In this document: one piece after another, positions 10,166-19,294 of the stretch
Numbering within the stretch: position 1 is the first letter of the stretch
Layout of the letters: every line of letters begins with the position of its first letter
Origin: Candidatus Midichloriaceae bacterium
GTDB taxonomy: Bacteria > Pseudomonadota > Alphaproteobacteria > Rickettsiales > Midichloriaceae
Length of the DNA: 64,000 nt
Direction of reading: 5' to 3'
Assembly: GCA_045105275.1 (NCBI GenBank)
Contig: JBGCDJ010000006.1
Location: 1,645-65,644, forward strand
The notes under the pieces: model-generated
Seen by the model: only the letters and a program-made list of their open reading frames with translations
Database searches by the model: none
Told to the model about the DNA's origin: nothing
Translations under genes and position numbers: made by a program

Positions 10166-12511
10166 CTAAAAGTTTGTTCCAATACTAAATCTTACTCTTG
10201 ACGTCTTGTCAAATGATTCTTTCCTATACGGTGTGCCATAATCCAATCTTATAAAGCCAAGAGGTGAATCCCATACCAAACCAACACCATAGGATGCTCT
10301 AATTTTTTTACTATCATTTATGTACTCAGACTTTAGTGTTTCTCCTTCACACAACGGCTTAGAACATGTACAATCGTTACCTTTACATTTATATTTGGCT
10401 GCATCTGTATCAAACAAAGTACCGAAGTCAGTAAAAACAGCTCCTTTCATTCCAAATTCTTCTGGCAATCCTAGAGGAAATTGTATTTCAGCAGTACCTG
10501 CAAAAAACGTGTTACCTCCAAGAGAATCTTGATCATTATTTCCTGGATATTCTGTAACCCGTGGTCCTATGCCTGCCACATCAAAACCTCTGATATATTC
10601 TTCTCCGACAAAGAAACTGTCATTAATGTTAACGTTATTACTACCAATTCCTCGAATATTACCTGCCCTTCCAATCAAATTTAAAATTATGTTGTTTTTA
10701 TATAATGGCTTAAAATAACTTGCATATAGCTGATTTTGTAAGTATTTCACATTACCGCCAACTCCAGCAAAATTTTGTGTAAATTTAATGAGATAACCTT
10801 TTGTAGGGCTAATCCTACTATTTAATTTATCATATGAAATTGAGTGACCAATAGAAGATACTCGTGTTTTATTTGGCTGAGCTTTTAAAAACACTGATGC
10901 ATCTTTACTCTTATTTGATTTTTCATTTTTTATAGAATAATTAATATTATGATATAAATATTCGTTAATATCATATCCCATTCTGAGCGTTAACCCTTTG
11001 CTTTTAGCGCTAAAAGAGCTTTGACTTGATCTATCTTGAGATGTTGTAAAAATATCAAATCCGACTGCTAAATTACGATCCATAAACTTTGGTTCAGTAA
11101 AGCTAAAAGATATATCTGAGCTTTTTTTAGCCTTACTAAAATCAAATTCTACAATCTGTCCTTTACCTAAAAAATTATATTCAGATAAAGTTGTTGAGCC
11201 TATTGCGCCTGATGCAGTGTTGTAGCCAATTGCAAAACGCATGGAACCTGTAGATGTTTCTTTTACCTTGATGTCTAAATCTAATTTATCATATTCAGAG
11301 GTTGGCTTATTCTCAAACTCAACCGCACTAAAGTAACCTAAATTAGCAATTTTTTGTTTTGACCTTTGAATTTTTGATAAATTGAATGGATCACCCTCAT
11401 AGATTTTTAATTCCCTTCTAATAACCCTATCTAAGGTCCTTGTATTGCCAATAATATTGATATTTTTAACAAAGTACTTTGAGGTTTCATTAATGATATA
11501 TCTTACATCCACTGTTTTATTTTTTTCGTTCCTATCCAAAGTATAGTCCACATCTATAAAAGTATATCCCTTGTTTCCCAGAAATGTTGTCATTCGATAT
11601 GTGGTTTTATCAATTAAAGATTCATTAAATATCTCTCCCTCTTTATAACTAATAAACTTTTTTAATTCTGATTTTTCAATATCATTTATTTGGCAATCAA
11701 TCGATGATTCACCAAAATTAAATTTCTCACCTTCGCTAATAATGTATGTTAATAAGAATGATTCTCCATTAGGAGTGATTTCTGAAGTTGAGGATTGAAC
11801 TTTGAAATTAGCATATCCTTCTTGCATATAATGCTCCTTAAGGAGTCCTTTGTCTAACATAATTCTATCTTGATCGTATAAATCACTTGAAGAAAACAAC
11901 CTATACCAAGCAGCTTCTTTTGAAGCAATGATTCTTAATAACTCTTTTTGAGAAAATTCTTTGTTACCATAAAAAACTATTTTTTTAATCTTTGGCTTCT
12001 CTCTTTCATTGATAAAAATTGTTACATCAACTGAATCTTGTCCGTGCTTTTTTAATGTTGAATAAGTCGAAGCAGCAAAGTACCCCATTTTCTTGTAAGT
12101 GGATTCTATTCGTTTAACATCACTATCTAACTGAAATTTCGAGTAGATATTACCTTCTTTAATTTGCAACTCTTTTTTAATTGTAGCGGCTTTCAGTTTT
12201 TTGCTACCCTCTATATTAATTTTTCTAACTATTGGATTTTCTTCAATTTTGATAATTATAATATTTTTTGGATCTTGTTTAATTGATATATTGGCAAAAA
12301 ATCCTTGAGAATATAAATTTCTAATTGATTCATCAATATTTTCTTGGGTAATTTTACCTCCAAGTTTGAAATCTAAATAATATAAAATAGTATCTGTGGG
12401 AACTCTTTTATTACCAATAACTTCAATTTTTTGAACATTTTCAAATGCTGCAACATTTAAAAATTGAAGTGAAAAAATAAATATAAAAACAAAATTTCTA
12501 ATTACATTCAT
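10166..12511 (-). CDS. bamA: Outer membrane protein assembly factor BamA
   Basis: POTRA repeats (GNKRV, GNTRTLDRVIRRE), IRGF..AGIGPR motif, C-terminal FSIGTNF. Confidence 0.98.
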   Translation of the reverse strand: MNVIRNFVFIFIFSLQFLNVAAFENVQKIEVIGNKRVPTDTILYYLDFKLGGKITQENIDESIRNLYSQGFFANISIKQDPKNIIIIKIEENPIVRKINIEGSKKLKAATIKKELQIKEGNIYSKFQLDSDVKRIESTYKKMGYFAASTYSTLKKHGQDSVDVTIFINEREKPKIKKIVFYGNKEFSQKELLRIIASKEAAWYRLFSSSDLYDQDRIMLDKGLLKEHYMQEGYANFKVQSSTSEITPNGESFLLTYIISEGEKFNFGESSIDCQINDIEKSELKKFISYKEGEIFNESLIDKTTYRMTTFLGNKGYTFIDVDYTLDRNEKNKTVDVRYIINETSKYFVKNINIIGNTRTLDRVIRRELKIYEGDPFNLSKIQRSKQKIANLGYFSAVEFENKPTSEYDKLDLDIKVKETSTGSMRFAIGYNTASGAIGSTTLSEYNFLGKGQIVEFDFSKAKKSSDISFSFTEPKFMDRNLAVGFDIFTTSQDRSSQSSFSAKSKGLTLRMGYDINEYLYHNINYSIKNEKSNKSKDASVFLKAQPNKTRVSSIGHSISYDKLNSRISPTKGYLIKFTQNFAGVGGNVKYLQNQLYASYFKPLYKNNIILNLIGRAGNIRGIGSNNVNINDSFFVGEEYIRGFDVAGIGPRVTEYPGNNDQDSLGGNTFFAGTAEIQFPLGLPEEFGMKGAVFTDFGTLFDTDAAKYKCKGNDCTCSKPLCEGETLKSEYINDSKKIRASYGVGLVWDSPLGFIRLDYGTPYRKESFDKTSRVRFSIGTNF

Positions 12512-12517
12512 AATGCT

Positions 12518-13693
12518 TTAGCCCAACAATAATTTTAATTTTTTAAAAAATTCTATAGCCTTTAAATCATTCCAAAAAGCTATAGACATCAATCCCATTA
12601 ACATAAAAAACCCAATTTTAAAACAAAGAGCCTGAATCTTATAATGAATAGGTCTTCTAATAATCGCCTCAACTCCATAGAAAAATAAATGTCCTCCATC
12701 TAACATAGGTATTGGAAATAAATTTATTAGGCCCAAATTAAGGGATATAATTGCAACAAAATACAATACTGCTATAAACCCCTGATTTGCCATGCTTTCA
12801 GAGTATAAAGCAATTTTTATGGGACCGCCAATATCTTCTGTTCCGCGCTTTAAGGTTATCATCTGCCAAATAGCCTTCAAAAACATGCATGACATATCTC
12901 TTACTTGGTAAAAAGAATTTTTAAAGGATTCTGTTAATCCTACTTTTCTAAAAGAAAATTTTTCAAAAGCAACTCCAATCATACGTGTTTTAGCAGTTTC
13001 TCCAAATATATTTGTGTACTCTTCCTCCTTAGGTGAAACATTTACACTTAAATAAGATTCTTTGCGGATAACTCCTATTTCTATGCTTAAATTTTTATTT
13101 GTATTTAATTTTGATTTTAAATCAAGTATAGAACCTATTTTATCTCCATTAACATCACTGATTAAATCTCCAATTTGTAAACCTGCAATTTGAGCTGGAG
13201 AATTTTGTTGTATACTAGTGATCTCTGTTTTAAAGTCTTTGACGCCACTATGCATTGATATAATGATGAAAATAGCAATTGTTAGGAGATAATTAGCAAG
13301 CGGTCCTCCGAAAACAATTAAAGATTTTTGCCATAACTTTTTATGATGAAAAGATAACTTCTTTTCCTTTTCCGATAGAGTATCTATTTTCTCTTTATCT
13401 GGAGTGCTCGCAGCACCTTCATCACCATACATTCTGACATAACCTCCAAGAGGTATAAGGGCAATTTGCCAAACAGTATCTTTACTATCCTTCCATTTTA
13501 TTAGAGGTTTTCCAAATCCTATTGAGAATACTTCAATTTTTACCCCAAATAATCTAGCAAATAAAAAATGTCCTAATTCATGAATAAACACAATTGGTGT
13601 TAAAATAACTAAAAACCAAAACAAGGCTTTTGCCGATGTATACATAATAAACAAGGCTGGAGCTATAACTAGTAGCCAAAATAAAGCTTTCAT
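12518..13693 (-). CDS. rseP: RIP metalloprotease RseP
   Basis: HELGH, PDZ region, NLFPIPMLDGGH. Confidence 0.97.
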   Translation of the reverse strand: MKALFWLLVIAPALFIMYTSAKALFWFLVILTPIVFIHELGHFLFARLFGVKIEVFSIGFGKPLIKWKDSKDTVWQIALIPLGGYVRMYGDEGAASTPDKEKIDTLSEKEKKLSFHHKKLWQKSLIVFGGPLANYLLTIAIFIIISMHSGVKDFKTEITSIQQNSPAQIAGLQIGDLISDVNGDKIGSILDLKSKLNTNKNLSIEIGVIRKESYLSVNVSPKEEEYTNIFGETAKTRMIGVAFEKFSFRKVGLTESFKNSFYQVRDMSCMFLKAIWQMITLKRGTEDIGGPIKIALYSESMANQGFIAVLYFVAIISLNLGLINLFPIPMLDGGHLFFYGVEAIIRRPIHYKIQALCFKIGFFMLMGLMSIAFWNDLKAIEFFKKLKLLLG

Positions 13694-13843
13694 TGAAATA
13701 TAAAATATTTATTGAATCTACTAAATAACAATAAATGAACAATTTTACAATTGAAAATTTAAAACAAATGATTGCTTTTTAGTTTGATAGCTTTAAAATC
13801 TGAATAAGGCTATAATAAGTTATTAAAATTTCTATTTAGAATT

Positions 13844-14122
13844 ATGCATAAGATTAAGTACATATTTTTTATTACACTAGTTTTTCCAGTCATTTTTAGC
13901 GGGTGCTCAAAAAAAAATACTAACTATGGAACAACTGAAAAAAATTTCCAAAACAAGCATTTTCCTAGAGACAATGAATTTATCATGAATGGAGGATATA
14001 AAATAAAAGTACCGAAGAATCCATTTATTAGTTCTAAAGAGGCTGTGGAAGTTTATAACAAAAATAGTAAAAATTCTCTTGCAGATGTTCCTAAAGTACC
14101 AGAAACTTTGAAGAAAAATTGA
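13844..14122 (+). CDS. Small hypothetical lipoprotein
   Basis: Signal peptide with lipobox IFSGC; probably cotranscribed with the next gene. Confidence 0.65.
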   Translation: MHKIKYIFFITLVFPVIFSGCSKKNTNYGTTEKNFQNKHFPRDNEFIMNGGYKIKVPKNPFISSKEAVEVYNKNSKNSLADVPKVPETLKKN

Positions 14123-14146
14123 TATCTTAAATAATAATGAATAATA

Positions 14147-15001
14147 ATGACATTATTAGAATTAAAAGATTTTAGCAACGAAATTGAAAAAGTCACTGCA
14201 TTATTAAGAGGTAAATTTGGTGTTATGCCTAAATTTGGTGTTGAAATTGAGTTTTATCTGAGGCATAAAATTGGTAAATTGGCTAATGTAGAGCAAATTG
14301 AATTATTTAAAGAAGAGCTTGAAAAGTCTGGCTTAACAATCACTGATGAAAAGGGGTTAGATCAATTTGAAACTCAGCTACAAGCCTCAAGCAATTGCTT
14401 GCAATTGATAAAATTAATTCAAAATATTAAACTAGATTTGCATAAAATAGCAAATAAGTTACGCCTGAAAATCATATTTAGTCCAAAGCCATTTGTTGGT
14501 ACATATGGTTCTAGCATGCATTTTCATTTAAGTTTATATAATAAGAATAATCATAATGTATTTTCTGACGATACCATAAGCACAAATAAATTTCTTAGCA
14601 ATGTTATTAATTCAATTCTCTTAATGCTAAATCAATCAATTTATCTGCTATGCGGAGATGATTTAGAAGAATATAACAGATTTATGCCAAATTTTATGGC
14701 GCCGATAAATTTAAGTTGGGGAAATAATAATCGAACTACAGCCATAAGAATTCCAGATAGCGACATCAATAGTAGAAGATTGGAATTTAGAGTTCCCTCT
14801 GCTTCATGCGATCCACAGAAAGTTATTTTTTTCTTGCTTATTGCAGTTTTAAATGCCCTAACCAATCCAAAGGCAACAATAGATAGGGTGTATGGCAATG
14901 CAGCTGATCCGCAATATAAATTTAATGATCTATTTACAAGCCCAGCTGCTGCAAAGGATAGTTATACTTTAGATGAAATTTATTCTAAATTATGTATTTG
15001 A
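14147..15001 (+). CDS. Glutamine synthetase catalytic-domain protein (no N-terminal beta-grasp domain)
   Basis: GVEIEFYL, KPF..GSSMHFHLSL, SWGNNNRTTAIRIP, RLEFRVPSASCDP; only 284 aa. Confidence 0.85.
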   Translation: MTLLELKDFSNEIEKVTALLRGKFGVMPKFGVEIEFYLRHKIGKLANVEQIELFKEELEKSGLTITDEKGLDQFETQLQASSNCLQLIKLIQNIKLDLHKIANKLRLKIIFSPKPFVGTYGSSMHFHLSLYNKNNHNVFSDDTISTNKFLSNVINSILLMLNQSIYLLCGDDLEEYNRFMPNFMAPINLSWGNNNRTTAIRIPDSDINSRRLEFRVPSASCDPQKVIFFLLIAVLNALTNPKATIDRVYGNAADPQYKFNDLFTSPAAAKDSYTLDEIYSKLCI

Positions 15002-15030
15002 TATATTGCTTCAGAGTTTGGTAAAGTTTT

Positions 15031-15975
15031 TTATGCACCATTTAGATAAATCTTTATAATATTTGATAACAATTCAATAGCCTCTTCATATGGTCTTTGA
15101 AAACTGTTTCGACCAATTATTGAACCATTGCCGCCACCTTTGTTAATAGCGTCTACTTCCTTATATATCTCATCTTCTGTTTTTGCAGAGCCTCCTGAGA
15201 ATACTACTAGTCTTCTGCCTGCAAAGGCAACCTGCATAATATGCGCAACACGATTTGTCAGATTTTTATATGTATGCATTTCTTTTGAGTAAATATTTAC
15301 GGTTGATTTATCTTCAATATCTTCAGATGGTAACTTTATTTTAATTATATTGGCGCCAATTAATGCTGCAATATGCGCTGCATAAGCAATAACATCTAAA
15401 GATGTTTCTCCTTTTTTGCTCAAATCCCCCCCTCTTGGATATGACCATACAATGGCAGCAAGTCCATATGACTTTGCTTCTGCAATCATTTCTGAAATTT
15501 CCTGTATCATTTCAAGTGAATTATCTGATCCTGGATATATCGTAAAACCTATTGCAGTACATCCTAAATAAATAGCATCTTGTATGTTTGCTGTAATAGA
15601 TTGATTGGGTTCAATGTCCTTATGCATCAAGGAATTTGAGCTGTTAGCTTTAAGTATTAATGGGATTGTTCCACGAAATTCATCAGAAATCGCTTCAAGC
15701 ATTCCCTTTGGTGCGGCGTATGCATTTAAACCTGCATCTAATGCCAATTTCACATGATATTCTGGATCGTATGCTGCTGGATTTACAGCAAAACTCTTAG
15801 CTGGTCCGTGTTCAAAACCTTGATCAACAGGCAAAATTAGCATTTTACCAGTACCAGCCAATTTACCATTCATCAAAATTTTTACTAAATTAGACTTAAC
15901 AGCAGGAGATTCACTCTCGTAGCTTTTTAAAATTTTTTTTACATTTTCGGTTAGTTGCATACAAATTATTTTCAA
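15031..15975 (-). CDS. fbaB: Class I fructose-bisphosphate aldolase (DhnA type); true start probably ATG 15960
   Basis: ILPVDQGFEHGP, WSYPRGG, IIKIKLP Schiff-base Lys, FSGG, GSIIGRNSFQRP. Confidence 0.93.
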   Translation of the reverse strand: MKIICMQLTENVKKILKSYESESPAVKSNLVKILMNGKLAGTGKMLILPVDQGFEHGPAKSFAVNPAAYDPEYHVKLALDAGLNAYAAPKGMLEAISDEFRGTIPLILKANSSNSLMHKDIEPNQSITANIQDAIYLGCTAIGFTIYPGSDNSLEMIQEISEMIAEAKSYGLAAIVWSYPRGGDLSKKGETSLDVIAYAAHIAALIGANIIKIKLPSEDIEDKSTVNIYSKEMHTYKNLTNRVAHIMQVAFAGRRLVVFSGGSAKTEDEIYKEVDAINKGGGNGSIIGRNSFQRPYEEAIELLSNIIKIYLNGA

Positions 15976-16393
15976 AAACTTTTTTTTGAATGCTATTTGA
16001 ATGCCAGTATATTTTCAACATAAAAAAATTATATCAGCAATATATATATTAATATTTTACAAAGCTTTATAAGATTATTAGCGACATACTATTATGACCT
16101 TTATCCTGAAGGTAAGGTCGTAAAATGAAAAATGATTTTTCAGATCTATTTCAATCACTATAATCTAGTTTCATTTTAACTTGACGGTACCGTAGGGAGG
16201 TTAACGGAGCAACGGCTAGATTATATTTGGAGCAAAAGAAGTTTATTGAAGAGAATAAGTGTGTGCTTAAAAAGAGTAATAAGAAGTGATGAAATTTATG
16301 GTTGTTTAGATTCTAAGATTAGTTGCAAAAAAGAGGTTGATCTAGACTGGATGGAATATTAGGATGTGAATATAGAATTTATAAAGTAATTTT

Positions 16394-18157
16394 ATGGTAG
16401 ATAGTTATTTAGAAAATGCAATGGATTATATTCAAGAAACATTTGAAAATGCTAATCAGTAGATGAAAGCAAATGATCCTTTTAGATTTCCAGAAGTAGA
16501 GGCAAGTGTATGGGATGCATTGGACAATGATAGAGGGAATGACAGGGGTAACGATAGAAATGAGGGTCGTGATTATGTAAGAACAAGCATTGCTGGAACT
16601 ATGGATAGTGATTATAAGAAGGGTGCTTACAGTAGAGACCCGGGAGAGGATAGAAATCCAGATAGAGATTATGGAAGCGATAGAGGTGAAAGATTTAATG
16701 AATTAAAAGATAGAGTGGCTGAAGCTGAAAGACAAGTTTTTGGTCATAGTATAGATGATAAACATACTAAAAATGCAATAAAACATGCTAGTAGTAATGG
16801 ATATGATGCAAAAAAGATACAGGAGGGTGCACAGATGTTACGGATTCTGGAAGCTTTTAGTGAGGTATGGGGGAAGGCAAGACAGTAAGAAGAGGCGGCT
16901 GAAAAGGTAAAACAAGAGGAAACTAAAAATAATGAATATCCAATCAAGCAAGGAGATACTTTAGGAGAAATAGCTATAAAACATGGAGTAAATAAAGAAG
17001 AATTAGCAAAATTGAATGGAATTGAAAATCAAGATTTCATTAAAGCAGGGGAAAAACTTATTATTCCAGAAAGTGCAAAGTATCCAAGTGGTGATAATCC
17101 TAATTATCACCAAAAATTTCTTTCTCCAATTACAGAACAAACAGAAATAGGAAAAAAGCAAGCTAGTACTGCAGGTGATTCTACTACTAATATTAATGAT
17201 GAAAAAATTACAGAACAAGAAACCTCAGGTGCCTGCGCAGCAAGTTCAGGGGCATGCGAGGCTTACGGAGATGTAAATTTAGACAATAGCAAACAAGAAT
17301 CAGAAGAAGTATTAAATCAAATAGATAAGGAATTGGAAAATCTAAATCTTTCTCCAGAAGATGAGAATAAGGTTAAAAATGTATTACAAGATATATTAAA
17401 CACAAAGAATAAACAATATAACCTTAATCGTCTAAAAGAAGATCCAATAATAAGGATGATAAAAAAGGGAAACATTGAACAAGTGGATGAAACAGCGGAT
17501 AAAGTATCAAAAGCTAGTAATATAAAAAATGGTGGCTTAGAAGATATAAAAGGTAAAGTAATAAATGCATTAGGGAATACATTAGGAAATAATATATTAA
17601 AAAAAATAATACCAATATTAAATATATATAATATTTTTAGTGAGCAAGAGAAAGTAAGACAAGAACGAGTTGAAGAACAAAAAGCAAGAGAATTTATTCA
17701 AAGTTTAGAAGGAATGCTTAAGGCTGATAAGTTGCCAGAAAATACTGGCACTCCAATTAATGATAATAACAAACCAACTATAGGGACATACCCAGAAGCA
17801 GATAAGCAAGAGCCGCTCCCAGGATTTACTCCTGTTAAAACTGGATGTGATCTTAAAAGATCGACTATTCCTGATAAGAATTTAGAAGATTTTACGTTCT
17901 ACAGCAAAATAAGTGAGAGTAACCAAAAAACTATTCAAGGCGCATTAAATAGTGGTGATAATAGTAAAGTTAGTGATGCTTTAGGTAAGACAATTGATTT
18001 AGATATTCCAACAGAAGCTTTAGATGAATTCATGAGAAATGAGAAAAATAATGAGTATTTTGCTAATTTTATAAATGATGTTCAAAAACAAAGAGACCAA
18101 CAATATGCTGCATTAACTAAATCTAATAAAGCAAGTGATATTGAAGCATCAGTATAA
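16394..18157 (+). pseudogene. LysM-domain protein, polymorphic-toxin-like, interrupted by in-frame TAG (16460) and TAA (16886)
   Basis: ATG 16394 and track ORFs 16463 and 17012 share one frame; 16889-17011 plus the ORF start encodes YPIKQGDTLGEIAIKHGVNKEELAKLNGIENQDFIKAGEKLIIP, a canonical LysM. Confidence 0.82.
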
Positions 18158-18826
18158 AATGCTATCATCCAGATGCACATATACCAAAGAATGAATGTGT
18201 TAAATGGAAACAATGGAACAAACCTTAAAAAACATCAAATTTCCTGAAAGAAGAGAGGAATTAATATTAACTTTAATGGACTTAAGTAATTATAAGTGGC
18301 AAGAGGTAGTTTATACATCTATTTCAAAAAACTTTACTACTAGTTTAAATGGTGAATATGGCATACATTATACTTTAGCTGAAGCAATAGGCATAATATT
18401 TGATGAATTAGGCTTAGATGATTTTTGAAAAAAAACCAATATCCTTATATTCAAATAGGCATAAGATTAAAAAGTAGAAAAGAAGCCGAATATTTATATA
18501 AAGTAGCAGTAAATTATATAAAGAAATATATTGTCCTAATTGGCCTAATTTTGTGAAAGCAAAAAATTGCATATATTTAAACTCTCCTTATTTACACGAA
18601 TTAAGAAAAGCGAGTAAGGAAGCTTTGAATATGTTTGTGAATAATGAAAATGATAATCAAGAATTTATAGATTATTTAAATAAAGGAGAGGATAATATAA
18701 ATAAAAATTATATTAAATTAACTCAATCTAATAAAGCAAGTAATATTGAAGCATCAGTATAAAATACTATCATCCAGATACACATATACCAAAAGAAGAA
18801 TGGGTTAAATGGAAACAATGGAACAA
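18113..18826. repeat. Direct repeat of ~109 bp (18113-18221 and 18718-18826), 605-bp period
   Basis: TTAACT(A/C)AATCTAATAAAGCAAGT(G/A)ATATTGAAGCATCAGTATAAAAT...GTTAAATGGAAACAATGGAACAA present twice. Confidence 0.95.
18204..18762 (+). pseudogene. Putative immunity protein, paralog of 18809-19294, split by two frameshifts
   Basis: Frameshift in the T-run at 18423-18426 and again near 18510 joins track ORFs 18204-18428 and 18553-18762 through KNQYPYIQIGIRLKSRKEAEYLYKVA, colinear with the paralog. Confidence 0.82.
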
Positions 18827-19294
18827 GCAGTAAACAAAAAAATAAAAGAAGGATACGGAATTAAAGGGGTAGAATTTCCTCAAAGAAGAGGAGAGTTAAT
18901 ATTAGATTTAATTTATTTAAGTAATGCCAAATGGCAGGAGAAAGTATTTACTTCATTAAAAAAATTCAAGTTTAAGCCAGTTTTAAATGGTGAATATGGC
19001 ATTTATTATACTTTGGAAGGAGCGACTGAGTTAATTTTAGAAGATTTAGGTTTAGATGATTATATTAAAAATAATCAATATACATATAAAGCAATTGGTT
19101 ACTCGTTAAAATCGAAGAGAGGAGCAGAATATTTGTTTAAGGTTGCTACTTTAATTGATAAGTTATCCGAAAGCGTTAACCCTAATTATGAAATGATTAA
19201 AAACAAACATTATTTAGCATCGCCTTATTTGGATGAATTAAGGAAATTAGTATTAAAATTTTTTATTCCTCCTCCTCATTTTCTAAATTATTAG
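18809..19294 (+). CDS. Putative immunity protein (resembles the SCO4402-like family); 3' end runs into the antisense mrcA end
   Basis: VEFPQRRGELILDLIYLSNAKWQ...LGLDDY...IGYSLKS...SPYLDELRK; family resemblance is by eye only. Confidence 0.65.
   Translation: METMEQAVNKKIKEGYGIKGVEFPQRRGELILDLIYLSNAKWQEKVFTSLKKFKFKPVLNGEYGIYYTLEGATELILEDLGLDDYIKNNQYTYKAIGYSLKSKRGAEYLFKVATLIDKLSESVNPNYEMIKNKHYLASPYLDELRKLVLKFFIPPPHFLNY

Noticed and set aside
16095-16390. Hairpin TATGACCTT...AAGGTCGTA and GGTACCGTAGGG resembling an IS200/IS605 tnpB tail
   Set aside because: No Zn-finger/RuvC motif or sustained frame; similarity too short to support a mobile element
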